A stretch of 64,000 bases of DNA from Gemmatimonadaceae bacterium (GCA_045803545.1 JBJMOW010000005.1:736001-800000), one strand, 5' to 3'. Counted from the stretch's first letter, positions 36,698 to 47,123 are shown. Translations and numbers: made by a program. The notes: generated from the sequence alone by a model not told the origin.

Positions 36698-37317
36698 CGT
36701 TGCAGTGCCTCTCTCAAAAGAAGTCTCGCGCGATGCAGCTGCGCCTTACTTCCACCCGAGGTGATTCCCATCATCTCGGCAATTTCTTCGTGTTTGTACC
36801 CTTCGACATCGTGGAGCACGAATATCTTCCGCGCTCCCTCCGGCAGCTTCGAAATTGCCTCTGCCAGGTCCATCCTTTCAATCAGCAGCGGAGCACGCGA
36901 CATCTCGTCTCTCCGCTCGTCTTCGACATCACTTTGCTCGGTCCGCGAGGCGTGCTTGCCTTCGATCTTCCTCGCATTCAGTACAACGTTTACCGCCAGC
37001 CGGTGCAGCCATGTCGAGAACGCGCTCTCGCCACGAAACTGCGGGAGCTTTTCCCACGTGCGGACGAAGACATCCTGGGTCAGCTCCTCACCCCTCGATC
37101 GGCTCCCCGACATCCGCGCACAGAGCGTGAAAACCCTGTTGGCGTGCGTGCGGTACAGCCTCTCGAAAGCCTGACGATCTCCAGTCGCGGCCAGAGCCAC
37201 GTCGGCGGTATCACCCATTGGCGCGCGTACCACGTTTGATCTCGACGTCGCCCCCAAACCTGCCATCAGATCGTCTTCCGGCTCTTGTTGGGTGATTGGA
37301 TACTCTGGCTGGCTCAA
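36694..37317 (-). CDS. ECF RNA polymerase sigma factor
   Basis: GDRQAFERLY, ELTQDVFVR.W, FSTWLHRLAVN and region 4 FVLHDVEGYKHEEIA...SKAQLHRAR. Start uncertain (37317, 37266 or 37218). Confidence 0.92.
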   Translation of the reverse strand: MSQPEYPITQQEPEDDLMAGLGATSRSNVVRAPMGDTADVALAATGDRQAFERLYRTHANRVFTLCARMSGSRSRGEELTQDVFVRTWEKLPQFRGESAFSTWLHRLAVNVVLNARKIEGKHASRTEQSDVEDERRDEMSRAPLLIERMDLAEAISKLPEGARKIFVLHDVEGYKHEEIAEMMGITSGGSKAQLHRARLLLREALQR

Positions 37318-37440
37318 TGGTTTGAATGGACGGCAACGGTGATTTTCTGGCGCTGTCCTTATGACAGCCCCAGCCCGGTTACGGGTTTGAAATGGCCTTC
37401 GGCGGGGCTTCGGCGGGCTAATCGGCTGAAAACTGCGTTT

Positions 37441-38547
37441 TCAGGCATCCTCTGGCGCCAAACCGAGCGCCCGGGCGATTTCGCTCGCCGCGCGCCCCAC
37501 GCCTGCCGCCGTTTGCGCCACCAAAGTCACATGCCCAACCTTTCTCTTTTCGGTCGGGGCCTTCCCATAGAGATGCAGGTGGGCGCCCTCGATCGCCACT
37601 ACGTCATTTATCGCGGGAATGTGTCCGAGGATGTTGTACATCACCGACCGCCCACGCAGCTGAGTGACGCCGAGTGGCAAATCGAGAATCGCGCGGAGAT
37701 GGTTCTCGAACTGACTGGTCTCGGCACCTTCGATCGTCCAATGCCCCGAATTGTGGACCCGCGGCGCGATCTCATTAGCCATCACAGTTCCATTGACTGC
37801 GAAGAGCTCGAGCGCCATCACGCCGACGTACTTCAACCGGTCCATGATCCTCCGACAGTGATCGATCGCGACAGCTGCGACCTCCGGCGTAATATTGGGC
37901 GCCGGTGACTCCGAGCGCCGCAGGACGCCTTCGCGGTGCCTGTTCTCTACGGGCGGATAGAAGACCTCGGCGCCGCTGACGTTGCGGACGCCCAACACCG
38001 AAAGTTCGTGCTGGAATGGGACGAACTGTTCGAGAATCAGGGGAGATTTGGCAAGCGAGCGAAACGCCGCGTCGACGTCGCTGCTGTGACGGAGCACGTA
38101 CTGGCCCTTCCCGTCGTAGCCAAGTCGTCGAGTCTTCAGCACTGCCGGCAACCCGATCTCGCTGGCCGCTCGCCTCAAATCTTCGATGCTATCGACTGCG
38201 GCGAACTTCGGCGTCGGAATGCCGAGCGCCTGGAAGAGTTGTTTTTCGAATAATCGATCCTGCGCGGTCTCGAGCGCTTTCACAGGTGGAAATACTTTTA
38301 CCCGTTCGGCGACGAATTCCACGGCGGACAGAGGGATGGATTCGAATTCGTAAGTGACCACGTCGACATCCTCGAGAAATCGACCGAGTGCGCTGCGATC
38401 GTCGTAGTTGCCGGCAATCAGCTCGCCGATTTGTCCGACTGGTGCGCCCGAATTTGGATCCAAGAATCGAAATTCAATGCCAAGTTGATAGCCCGCGAGT
38501 GCCAGCATTCTCCCGAGCTGGCCACCACCGAGTATTCCGATTCTCAC
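37441..38547 (-). CDS. purK: N5-carboxyaminoimidazole ribonucleotide synthase
   Basis: [34 protein letters not shown] and RKVGH motifs. Confidence 0.96.
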   Translation of the reverse strand: MRIGILGGGQLGRMLALAGYQLGIEFRFLDPNSGAPVGQIGELIAGNYDDRSALGRFLEDVDVVTYEFESIPLSAVEFVAERVKVFPPVKALETAQDRLFEKQLFQALGIPTPKFAAVDSIEDLRRAASEIGLPAVLKTRRLGYDGKGQYVLRHSSDVDAAFRSLAKSPLILEQFVPFQHELSVLGVRNVSGAEVFYPPVENRHREGVLRRSESPAPNITPEVAAVAIDHCRRIMDRLKYVGVMALELFAVNGTVMANEIAPRVHNSGHWTIEGAETSQFENHLRAILDLPLGVTQLRGRSVMYNILGHIPAINDVVAIEGAHLHLYGKAPTEKRKVGHVTLVAQTAAGVGRAASEIARALGLAPEDA

Positions 38548-39041
38548 TCGTTCTTCGCCGGGTCCGATTGAGCAAGGACGGCACTGGTTTGCTCGCTGCG
38601 AAACGCCTTCAGTCGCTCGCGGATCTCCGGTTGATCAAGCGCAATTATCGATGCCGCGAGAAGTGCCGCGTTGATCGCGCCGGCCTTGCCGATCGCCAGC
38701 GTTCCCACTGGGACGCCCGCTGGCATCTGAACGATGGAGAGCAGCGAGTCGATCCCCTGCAGTGTTTTCGTCTCGACCGGAACACCGAGGACGGGTAAGG
38801 TGGTTTTTGCCGCCGCCATTCCAGGGAGGTGCGCGGATCCGCCCGCGCCCGCAATGATCACGCGAATGCCCCGCTTCTCCGCTGCCTCCGCATACTCGAA
38901 CAGGAGATCTGGGGTCCGATGCGCGGAGACGACACGTGTCTCGTTGGCGACGCCGAGCGAGTCGAGCATCTGCGCGGCGTGCTGCATCGTCTCCCAGTCT
39001 GACTTTGAGCCCATGATGATTCCAACTAGCGGGTCAGTCAT
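38544..39041 (-). CDS. purE: N5-CAIR mutase
   Basis: [28 protein letters not shown] and SIVQMP.G.PV motifs. Start MTDPL overlaps the rnhB stop. Confidence 0.96.
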   Translation of the reverse strand: MTDPLVGIIMGSKSDWETMQHAAQMLDSLGVANETRVVSAHRTPDLLFEYAEAAEKRGIRVIIAGAGGSAHLPGMAAAKTTLPVLGVPVETKTLQGIDSLLSIVQMPAGVPVGTLAIGKAGAINAALLAASIIALDQPEIRERLKAFRSEQTSAVLAQSDPAKNE

Positions 39042-39864
39042 CGGCGTCCTCGAAGTAATCGTCCTCCGGATCATCCTCGTCGGGAATGCCGACGTCGGCG
39101 AGCACCTGTTGCTGCTCGCGGTCGTCGAGGTCGCTCTGGTGCTGTAGCTCGAGCAACAGATCGCTGATGCGGCAAAAGCTTTTCCGATGGTGGGGAGTGA
39201 TGCCGTAAGAGGTGAGACCAACCACGTGCTCGCGCGTGGTGTAGCCGGCGTTGTGATCCCAGATGTACTGCGGATAACGCTGCGCCAGCCGCGTCATCAG
39301 CAGATCGCGCGTTACTTTGGCGAGAATCGACGCACAAGCGATACTGAAGCAGCGACGATCGCCTTTCACGACCGCGGTGTGCGCGATCGGCAACGTGCGC
39401 ATCGCGCGTCCGTCGATGACGACGTGGTCGGGCTTGACGCGCAGGCGTGTGAGTGCGCGCTGCATTGCCAGCACGCTCGCCTGATAGATGTTGATTGTGT
39501 CGATCTCGCGTACGGATGCTGCGCCGATGGCAAAAGCAACAGCGCGCTCGCGGATCTTGCCGGCGAGACGCACGCGTTGGTCGTGGGTCAGCAGTTTGGA
39601 GTCATCGACACCGGCGATCGCGCGCGTATCGGGAGGCATGATCACGGCGCACGCGACGACTGGACCTGCGATTGGTCCGCGACCTACTTCGTCGACGCCG
39701 GCAAGGAGCGGCCCCTTCTCGAGCCGCAGGTCGCGCTCGATCGTCGTCCAGCGCTTGCGGCGCGGAACGCGGCGACGATGTGGTTTTAGTTGGTCGTTCG
39801 GGGACGGAGTGGGATCGCTTATCGGGGTCGAGTTGGGGGAGCCCGATTCGACCTCGTCCTGCAC
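39034..39864 (-). CDS. rnhB: Ribonuclease HII
   Basis: [23 protein letters not shown]...[14 protein letters not shown] and HRKSF motifs. Confidence 0.95.
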   Translation of the reverse strand: MQDEVESGSPNSTPISDPTPSPNDQLKPHRRRVPRRKRWTTIERDLRLEKGPLLAGVDEVGRGPIAGPVVACAVIMPPDTRAIAGVDDSKLLTHDQRVRLAGKIRERAVAFAIGAASVREIDTINIYQASVLAMQRALTRLRVKPDHVVIDGRAMRTLPIAHTAVVKGDRRCFSIACASILAKVTRDLLMTRLAQRYPQYIWDHNAGYTTREHVVGLTSYGITPHHRKSFCRISDLLLELQHQSDLDDREQQQVLADVGIPDEDDPEDDYFEDADD

Positions 39865-39891
39865 TCTACTCAGCCCGCCCGTTAAAAGGCG

Positions 39892-40302
39892 TTAGGCCCC
39901 GGACCCGGCGCCGGTTTCAGCGGCAGCCGTGTCGATGGTCTCCGAGCCAGGCACCATGACCTTCGCCTTCCGCTCTCTGATGCGGGTCGCCTTGCCGGTG
40001 AGGTGACGCAGGTAGTACAGCTTGGCTCGCCGTACGCGACCGCGACGCACGACCAAGATCTCGGAGATCATTGGGCTGTGGAGCGGGAAAATGCGCTCGA
40101 CGCCGATTCCGTTGGAAATCTTGCGCACTGTGAACGTCGCGCTGACACCGCTACCGCGCTTGGCAATGCAAACGCCCTCGAACGCCTGGAGTCTTTCCTT
40201 ATCACCTTCGCGAACGCGGACATTGACGCGAAGTGTGTCGCCGGCCCTAAATGCCGGGACCTTACGGAGCCACTCTTTTTGGGTTTCGATAAAGGGGTGC
40301 AT
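39892..40302 (-). CDS. rplS: 50S ribosomal protein L19
   Basis: FRAGDT, RLQAFEG, GVERIFP and RRAKLYYLR motifs. Confidence 0.97.
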   Translation of the reverse strand: MHPFIETQKEWLRKVPAFRAGDTLRVNVRVREGDKERLQAFEGVCIAKRGSGVSATFTVRKISNGIGVERIFPLHSPMISEILVVRRGRVRRAKLYYLRHLTGKATRIRERKAKVMVPGSETIDTAAAETGAGSGA

Positions 40303-40430
40303 ATGACGCTCTCGGCTGAGGTTACAGCCTGTGGGAAAGACTTGTTTAACGTGTTTGCGGACAGCCTCGAAAAGTAAACCCCGAAACCACTCAACGCCAG
40401 CGTTCCACGTCTTCGGACGGAGCTATTCGC

Positions 40431-41108
40431 CTAGTCGGATGTTGCCCTGCTCGCCCCTCTTAGTGCCGTCAGACGCGCACCCTGGTCGGCACGCCAACGG
40501 TCGATGCTGGCGTGATCTCCCGACAGCAATACGTCAGGGACCTTATAGCCACGGAATTCGGGAGGTCGGGTGTAGCTCGGCGCGCTCAGCCCCCGGCCAA
40601 AGAATGAATCCCCACGGGCGCTGTCCAGGTCGGACATCGATCCGGGGAGCAGTCGCACGGTGGCGTCGATGATCGCCAGCGCTGCCGCCTCACCTCCGCT
40701 CAGGACAAAATCGCCCAGCGATATCTCCTCGGTCGCCAGATGATCGGCGACTCGCTGATCGATGTCTTTGTAATGGCCGCACAGCAGTGTGAGCTCGCCG
40801 CCGGCCGCGAATCGTTCGGCATCGCCGTGGGCGAACACTTTTCCGCGAGGCGAAAGCAGAACAATCGGCGGGTTGGCGCTCAGGGATTCAACCGCCTCGA
40901 AGAACGGTCCGGGTTTCATCACCATTCCGGCGCCGCCGCCATATGGGTAGTCATCGACTGTGCGGTGCTTATCGTGCGTGAAATCGCGAAGATCGATGAT
41001 GTTATAGCTGACGCTGCCCGCCGCAGCCGCCCGAGATGGAATGCTCAGTGACAGCGGGCCGGCAAAGAATTCAGGGAAGATCGTGACGACGTTGATCTTG
41101 AGCGTCAC
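40431..41108 (-). CDS. trmD: tRNA (guanine37-N1)-methyltransferase
   Basis: VDDYPYGGGAGMVM, SLGDFVLSGGE, YTRP and VPDVLLSGDH motifs. Confidence 0.96.
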   Translation of the reverse strand: MTLKINVVTIFPEFFAGPLSLSIPSRAAAAGSVSYNIIDLRDFTHDKHRTVDDYPYGGGAGMVMKPGPFFEAVESLSANPPIVLLSPRGKVFAHGDAERFAAGGELTLLCGHYKDIDQRVADHLATEEISLGDFVLSGGEAAALAIIDATVRLLPGSMSDLDSARGDSFFGRGLSAPSYTRPPEFRGYKVPDVLLSGDHASIDRWRADQGARLTALRGASRATSD

Positions 41109-41110
41109 GT

Positions 41111-41686
41111 TTAGATCGGTTCACCGGAGTACGTGTCGGTGAAACCCATCGCTTCATTGATCACGACCGTTCGCGCGGCGACATCGGTGCGGACAATCAC
41201 TTCCGGTCGATACGGCACCAGGATGCTGCCCTTCGGTGTCTCGAGGTCGAGGATGATGCCCTGCGGGAGCTCGTAAAAAGTCTTCACAGTGCCGATCGGC
41301 TCACCGGTACTCGATTCCGCTTTCATCCCGATCAAGTCGTGGAGATAGACCTCGTCTCCTTCGGGTGGCGGCAACTCACTGAAGCGAGCGAGCAGATAGC
41401 GTCCCCGCCACAGCTCGGCGCTGTCCCGATCCGCGATTTCCTCGAAGCGGACGATCCAACCCTGCTTATAGGGCCGCGAATCGGAGATGGTGAGCGTGGG
41501 AATCTCTTCCTCGCCTTTTACGTCGTGGGTGATCGCGGGATCGCCATCGGCGGTACCTGCAAAAACACGACTGCCGGACGCGAAGATCACGTCCGGCTTG
41601 TCGGTAAGAGGCTCGACGATCACCTCGCCACGAATTCCCTGTGCTTTGCGAATCAGTCCGACGAGGGCGTATTCCGCATCAGACAT
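41111..41686 (-). CDS. rimM: Ribosome maturation factor RimM
   Basis: VG.I.KAQGIRGEV, Y.HDLIG and a PRC-barrel C-terminus. Located between rpsP and trmD; start MSDAEY follows GGAGG. Confidence 0.92.
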   Translation of the reverse strand: MSDAEYALVGLIRKAQGIRGEVIVEPLTDKPDVIFASGSRVFAGTADGDPAITHDVKGEEEIPTLTISDSRPYKQGWIVRFEEIADRDSAELWRGRYLLARFSELPPPEGDEVYLHDLIGMKAESSTGEPIGTVKTFYELPQGIILDLETPKGSILVPYRPEVIVRTDVAARTVVINEAMGFTDTYSGEPI

Positions 41687-41702
41687 TCCGCCTCCCGCTC
41701 GC

Positions 41703-42008
41703 TCAGCCCTCTGCGACAGGAACCGCGCCTGGCTGGCGCTCGATTCCCTTTCTCTGCTCGTGGCGACGCTTGAGGATGCCGGCTCGCCGAAGGAGCGACC
41801 GTACAGTGTCGGTCGGTTGGGCGCCCTGATTGAGCCAATGGTTTGCTCTCGCTTCGTCGATGTTGAGCGAGCCCTCACTTTTCCGGGGAGCGTACTGACC
41901 GATGACTTCGATGAACTTGCCGTCGCGTGGCATCTGCGAATCCGCGATGAGAATGCGATAGAACGGCGCGTTTTTGCGTCCGACACGACGGAGGCGAATC
42001 TTTACCAT
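41703..42008 (-). CDS. rpsP: 30S ribosomal protein S16
   Basis: MVKIRLRRVGRK..PFYRI..AD...PRDGKFIE and GAQPTDTV motifs. Confidence 0.97.
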   Translation of the reverse strand: MVKIRLRRVGRKNAPFYRILIADSQMPRDGKFIEVIGQYAPRKSEGSLNIDEARANHWLNQGAQPTDTVRSLLRRAGILKRRHEQRKGIERQPGAVPVAEG

Positions 42009-42031
42009 TTGGTACTTCTCCCTGGAGGGTG

Positions 42032-42055
42032 AAAAATGAGGCGCTTTCGCGCCTC
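42032..42055 (-). terminator. Terminator-like hairpin just upstream of rpsP
   Basis: Minus strand GAGGCGC-GAAA-GCGCCTC-ATTTTT. Confidence 0.55.
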
Positions 42056-42122
42056 TAAACCGGGCTCCTCGCGACGCCGGCAATTCCGACTCGCACCCGG
42101 TGAACAAGATCAGGCAATTTAA

Positions 42123-42268
42123 ATGACTTAGGGCCGAGGACCAAGTGCATCGATCACCGAGGATTAAGTGAGGATTGTCGACGACCGACGATTCGCGTGA
42201 TCCTCGATTGTCTTCGATCAGCAATTAGTCCGCGGTGATCGATGCGTTGGTCCTCGGCCCTCAGTCAT
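42123..42268. repeat. 146-bp element with ~45-bp imperfect terminal inverted repeats (long hairpin; MITE- or REP-like)
   Basis: Left arm ATGACTTAGGGCCGAGGACCAAGTGCATCGATCACCGAGGATTAA (42123-42167) versus reverse complement of the right arm ATGACTGAGGGCCGAGGACCAA-CGCATCGATCACCGCGGACTAA (42225-42268). Confidence 0.8.
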
Positions 42269-42271
42269 CGC

Positions 42272-43609
42272 TTACCCCCTCCCAAACATCCCCGGCATTG
42301 ATGGCATCCCCATGCGACCTCCGCCCGCCATCTTCTTCATCATCTTCTGCATCTCGCGGAATTGATCCAGCAGGCGATTGACGTCGCTGATCGGCCGGCC
42401 CGAGCCCTTTGCGATTCGAGCGCGGCGCGAGCCGTTGATAATTCCGGGATTCTTCCGCTCCTCGGGGGTCATGGATAGCACGATCGCCTCGACGTGCTTG
42501 ATGCGCTTGGGATCGGCTTTCATCTGCTTCAACGCCTTGGTGTTGACCCCCGGAAGCATTTTCAGAATCCCCTCGAGCGGCCCCATCTTCTGGATCTGTT
42601 TCATGCTGTTGAGGAAATCGTTGAGGTCCATTCCCTCTTTGCGCACTTTCTTCTCGAGGCGCTTCGCTTCGGCCTCGTCGAAGGCGCTTTGGGCTTTCTC
42701 GACGAGGGAGACGATGTCACCCATTTGGAGAATGCGGCCGGCCATGCGTTCGGGGTGGAACTCTTCGAGCGCATCCGATTTCTCGCCGACGCCGATGTAT
42801 TTGATCGGTTTCTTTGTCACTCCGTAAATCGATAACGCAGCGCCGCCGCGGGCATCACCGTCCATCTTGGTGAGGATCACGCCAGTGATGTCGAGTGCCT
42901 GGTCGAAGCCCTGCGCGATTTTCACCGCGTCCTGTCCGGTCATGCCGTCCGCCACCAGCAGAATCTCGGAGGGTCGCAGCGCCTCCTTGAGATGCCTGAG
43001 CTCGTTCATCATCTCGTCGTCGATCTGGAGACGGCCGGCGGTGTCGACGATTGCTACGCGGTCGCGCTCTCGCAGCGCTTCGGCGACACCCGAGCGGGCG
43101 ATCTTTACGACGTCGGTCGTGCCACGCTCGGCATGAACGGGAATCGAAAGCTCACGGCCAAGAGTCTCCAGCTGATCAATGGCTGCGGGACGGTAGACGT
43201 CGGCTGCGATGAGTCGTGTCGAACGTCCTTCGCTTTTCAGCTTACGGGCGAGCTTCGCGGCGGTCGTAGTTTTTCCGGAACCCTGAAGACCGACCATCAT
43301 TATCACCGACGGCGGCACCGTACTGAGCTTTATGCCCTCACGACGCTCTCCAAGCATCTCGATGAGTTCTTCATGGACAACCTTGACCAGTTGTTGCCCG
43401 GGCGAGACGGTTGTGAGCGATATGATGCCGTTGGCTTTTTTCTCGACACGTTCAAGGAACTCGCGCGTCAATTGAAAGTTGACGTCCGCTTCAAGCAGAA
43501 CGCGACGGACCTCGCGCAGCCCTTCCTTGATGTCGGCTTCGGTCAGGACACCGCGGCCACGCAGTCGGGCGAACGTAGCCTCGAGCTTTTCGCTCAGGTC
43601 TTCGAACAT
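42272..43609 (-). CDS. ffh: Signal recognition particle protein
   Basis: LLEADV, GLQGSGKTT, DTAGR, TKMDGDARGG and a Met-rich M domain. Confidence 0.97.
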   Translation of the reverse strand: MFEDLSEKLEATFARLRGRGVLTEADIKEGLREVRRVLLEADVNFQLTREFLERVEKKANGIISLTTVSPGQQLVKVVHEELIEMLGERREGIKLSTVPPSVIMMVGLQGSGKTTTAAKLARKLKSEGRSTRLIAADVYRPAAIDQLETLGRELSIPVHAERGTTDVVKIARSGVAEALRERDRVAIVDTAGRLQIDDEMMNELRHLKEALRPSEILLVADGMTGQDAVKIAQGFDQALDITGVILTKMDGDARGGAALSIYGVTKKPIKYIGVGEKSDALEEFHPERMAGRILQMGDIVSLVEKAQSAFDEAEAKRLEKKVRKEGMDLNDFLNSMKQIQKMGPLEGILKMLPGVNTKALKQMKADPKRIKHVEAIVLSMTPEERKNPGIINGSRRARIAKGSGRPISDVNRLLDQFREMQKMMKKMAGGGRMGMPSMPGMFGRG

Positions 43610-43679
43610 AGCCTTTAAACTTATGCGCCGTTAAGTTCCCAAACAACTTGGAGTTACGACGACGCCACTGAGGAACTGA

Positions 43680-46169
43680 ATGCCGCCCGCCCAGCGCAAA
43701 GACGACATCCTGCAGGCTGACATACCCGCATCGCTGCCCTTGATGGCCTTGCGATCCACAATCGTTTACCCGCTTGGCACTATCGCGGTACAGATGGGCG
43801 CGCCGGAGAACCTGGCTCTGCTGAAGGCGAACGAGCAGTCGGGTCTCGTCGTTGGGTTGGTCGTAGCCAGTGGCGATCATGACGACGTACTCGACCCGGA
43901 GCGTTTTGTCGGCAGGGTCGGCGTGGCCGCTCGCGTTCACGAGCGCATCAACCTTCCCGGCGAAACTGTTCAGATCACTCTGCAGGGTCTACGTCGCATC
44001 GTCGTCGAAGGCGTGGTCCAGACCGATCCATTTCCGATCGTGCGCGTCAAGCCCGCGAAAGAGATCCCGCCCGATCCCAATGAAGTGGATGATTTGATCT
44101 CGCGCATCGTGACTGGTGCCGAAACACTCGCTGAGCTGATCGAGCGTATTCCGGACGAAGTGCCCGCGATTCTCAAGATGAACATCTCGGATCCAGGCCG
44201 GTTCGCTGATCTCGCGGCGACCAATCTCAACTTCAAGGTCTCCGACAAGGACGAGATCCTGCAGCGCCTCAACATCGGCCAGCGACTGAAGTTTCTGCTC
44301 GGTCGCGTCGAGCGCGAAGTAGGCCGTGCACGTGTCGCCGAAGACGTCAAGCGGCAAACCGAGATCAAGATCGAGCAACACCAGCGCGAGTTCTACCTCC
44401 GTCAGCAGCTGCGCGCGATTCAATCGGAGCTGGGCGAAGGCGATCCCGGCGAGAAAGAATCGATCGAGACCCTCAAGAAGCTCGAGGAAGCAAATCTCCC
44501 CGAGAAAGCAGCACAGGAAGGGCGACGTGAGATCGAACGGATGCGCAATCTCTCGCCCGCTTCGAGCGAGTATCAGGTCATCCGCACTTATCTCGACTGG
44601 ATGCTGGCGCTGCCCTGGAACAAGAAATCCGCGGCCGACGATGTGATCGAGCTGAAGAAAGTCGAGGACTTACTCGATAGCCGTCACTACGGCCTCAAGG
44701 AAGCGAAGGAGCGAATCGTCGAATATCTCGCGGTCAGGAAACTGCGTGGCGGCGATCCGCACGGACCAATTCTCTGCTTCGTCGGACCACCGGGAACCGG
44801 CAAGACCTCACTCGGCGAGGCAATCGCCAGCTCGATCTCGCGCGCGTTCTATCGCATTTCGGTCGGCGGGGTCCGCGACGAAGCCGAAATTCGCGGTCAC
44901 CGGCGCACGTACGTCGGCGCGATGCCGGGACTGATTCTTCAATCGCTCCGTCGCGTGCAGGTGCGCGACGCGGTGCTGATGATCGACGAAATCGATAAAA
45001 TGACGAGCGGAGGACCCTCCGGAGACCCGACGGCGGCGATGCTCGAAGTTCTGGATCCGTCACAGAACTCGAACTTCGTCGATCACTATCTCAATCTGCC
45101 GTTCGATCTCTCCAGCATCCTCTTCATCTGCACGGCAAACAATCTCTACGACATCCCGGCACCGCTGCGCGATCGCATGGAAGTCATTCGCGTCCTCGGC
45201 TACACCGTCGAAGAGAAAGTGGAGATCGCCTGGCGCTACATGCTGCCTCGCTTGATCGAGGAGCACGGAATTACCGACAAGGACATCCAGTTCACCGACG
45301 AGGTTCTTGGCTTCATCTCGAACCGCTATTCTCGCGAAGCGGGTCTTCGCAACTTCGAACGGAACATCGCGGCGTTGATGCGCAAGCGTGCGCGCAGGAA
45401 AGCAGAGGGTGAAGAGGGGGCCTGGGTTGTCGACAATCAGATGGTCATCGACATTCTTGGCAATCCCACATACACACTCGAGGATGCGGAGCAGGAGCCG
45501 GAGGTAGGTGCCGTCACGGGAATGGCGTGGACCGCAACAGGTGGCGACTTGATGGTGATCGAAGCCCTGAGAATGCCCGGCTCCGGTCGACTCACTGTCA
45601 CCGGCCAGCTGGGCGATGTCATGCGGGAGTCAGTGGACGCCGCGTACTCCTACGTTCGCTCGCGCGCTCACACGCTTGGGGTCGATGACGGGGAGTTCAA
45701 GGAAGTGGACCTGCACGTTCACTTCCCTGCTGGCGCGATTCCGAAGGATGGGCCGAGTGCTGGCGCTGCCGTAACTCTGGCGATTGCCAGCGTGCTGAGT
45801 CGCCGCCCAGTGCGCCGCGATCTCGCCCTTACGGGAGAGATGACTCTGCGCGGCAAGGTGCTGGAGATCGGCGGTGTGAAAGAGAAAGTGATGGCGGCGT
45901 ATCGTGCCGGCCTGCGTCAGGTGATTCTCCCGAAGGCAAATGAGAAAGACCTGCGCGGAATCCCGGACGAGGTCGTCAAGAGCATGTCATTCACCTTCGT
46001 GTCGACGATGGATGAGATCATGCACCTCGCGCTGCTGCCAAAGCCGCCGGGAACGCTTGCCGACGCACTGGAGCCGCACGGCGACATTCCGGCGAAGAAT
46101 GCGGTCGGCGATTCGCCGACAGCCTCGATCAATCGCACGGAGCCGGCGGTCGCGACCAAAGTAGGGTGA
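43680..46169 (+). CDS. lon: ATP-dependent Lon protease
   Basis: Lon N-domain, GPPGTGKT, RGHRRTYVGAMPG, DEIDK and catalytic PKDGPSAG. Confidence 0.96.
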   Translation: MPPAQRKDDILQADIPASLPLMALRSTIVYPLGTIAVQMGAPENLALLKANEQSGLVVGLVVASGDHDDVLDPERFVGRVGVAARVHERINLPGETVQITLQGLRRIVVEGVVQTDPFPIVRVKPAKEIPPDPNEVDDLISRIVTGAETLAELIERIPDEVPAILKMNISDPGRFADLAATNLNFKVSDKDEILQRLNIGQRLKFLLGRVEREVGRARVAEDVKRQTEIKIEQHQREFYLRQQLRAIQSELGEGDPGEKESIETLKKLEEANLPEKAAQEGRREIERMRNLSPASSEYQVIRTYLDWMLALPWNKKSAADDVIELKKVEDLLDSRHYGLKEAKERIVEYLAVRKLRGGDPHGPILCFVGPPGTGKTSLGEAIASSISRAFYRISVGGVRDEAEIRGHRRTYVGAMPGLILQSLRRVQVRDAVLMIDEIDKMTSGGPSGDPTAAMLEVLDPSQNSNFVDHYLNLPFDLSSILFICTANNLYDIPAPLRDRMEVIRVLGYTVEEKVEIAWRYMLPRLIEEHGITDKDIQFTDEVLGFISNRYSREAGLRNFERNIAALMRKRARRKAEGEEGAWVVDNQMVIDILGNPTYTLEDAEQEPEVGAVTGMAWTATGGDLMVIEALRMPGSGRLTVTGQLGDVMRESVDAAYSYVRSRAHTLGVDDGEFKEVDLHVHFPAGAIPKDGPSAGAAVTLAIASVLSRRPVRRDLALTGEMTLRGKVLEIGGVKEKVMAAYRAGLRQVILPKANEKDLRGIPDEVVKSMSFTFVSTMDEIMHLALLPKPPGTLADALEPHGDIPAKNAVGDSPTASINRTEPAVATKVG

Positions 46170-47119
46170 ATCTCGAGAACACCTGGGTTCAGTTTGGCAT
46201 CCATGTTTTCGTCGGCACGATGGCAGGAGGCCTCTCCGACACCGTAGCCGTCTGGATGTTGTTCAATCCGAAGCAGAAGCGGTGGGGATTTCAGGGAGCA
46301 ATTCCCAAGAACCAGGCGCGTCTCGCCAGGAGCCTTGGCCGCACCGTTGGCGAAAGGTTGCTGACGCCCGGCGATCTTCAGAAAGAGCTCGCTCGCCCCG
46401 AGTTGCTGACAGCGTTTCAATCCAGGCTCGAGGACGTCATCGCCAACATCCTGACGTCGCGCGAGCCGCTGATAGATAAAGTTCCACCCGCGGTAGTCAA
46501 TGCGCTCGAGGGCGCGATGACATCCTATCTACCGGTGGCGATGACCAAGCTCGGCTCCTTCCTCGGCCAGCCCACGACGCGCGTCAAGCTGCGCACCGCG
46601 CTGCACACGATGTTCAATCGCTTCGTCGACGACATGCGCTTCCATGAGCGCCTGTTCGCGAAGCTGATGATGACGGAGTCCAAGTTCGAGGCGGTGCTCG
46701 ACGCAATCGAGACCGACGGTGTCGAGCAGGTGGTCTCGCTGCTCGAAGAGCCCGAGATCCGCGAAGAGATCTCCAAGGCGATTCACGATGCGATCCTTAC
46801 CTATCTACAAAAGCCGATCTCCGATATCCTCGGCGATGTTGAAGCGAAGAAAGACCCCGATGCGCCCAAGCGTCTCGCCGCGCAAGCAGCGCCCATAATT
46901 TGGGAATGGGTGCACGATCAGCTGCCGGAGTTGATCAAAAAGCTCGACGTCCAGGCAATGGTTGAACGCAAAGTGATGTCATTCTCAATCGATCGTGTCG
47001 AGGAAATTCTGCGCAATGTGATTCAGAACGAGCTGAACCTCATTATCACGACCGGCTACGTGCTTGGCGGACTGATCGGTGTCTGCACGTTCGGTTTGCA
47101 GAAACTCCTCGGACTATAG
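46166..47119 (+). CDS. DUF445-family membrane-anchored protein
   Basis: N-terminal TM with AVWMLF.P...QGAIPK and C-terminal EL..I...GYVLGGLIG. GTGA-coupled to lon. Confidence 0.82.
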   Translation: MNLENTWVQFGIHVFVGTMAGGLSDTVAVWMLFNPKQKRWGFQGAIPKNQARLARSLGRTVGERLLTPGDLQKELARPELLTAFQSRLEDVIANILTSREPLIDKVPPAVVNALEGAMTSYLPVAMTKLGSFLGQPTTRVKLRTALHTMFNRFVDDMRFHERLFAKLMMTESKFEAVLDAIETDGVEQVVSLLEEPEIREEISKAIHDAILTYLQKPISDILGDVEAKKDPDAPKRLAAQAAPIIWEWVHDQLPELIKKLDVQAMVERKVMSFSIDRVEEILRNVIQNELNLIITTGYVLGGLIGVCTFGLQKLLGL

Positions 47120-47123
47120 GGCG

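Noticed and set aside
40303..40430. Ribosomal protein L19 leader RNA
   Set aside because: Only a short hairpin (GGCTG-TAACCT-CAGCC) is visible, which is insufficient without comparative data.
42010..42271. SRP RNA (ffs) beside ffh
   Set aside because: I did not find the conserved SRP helix-8 motif (CAGG...GGAA...AGCAG) on either strand.
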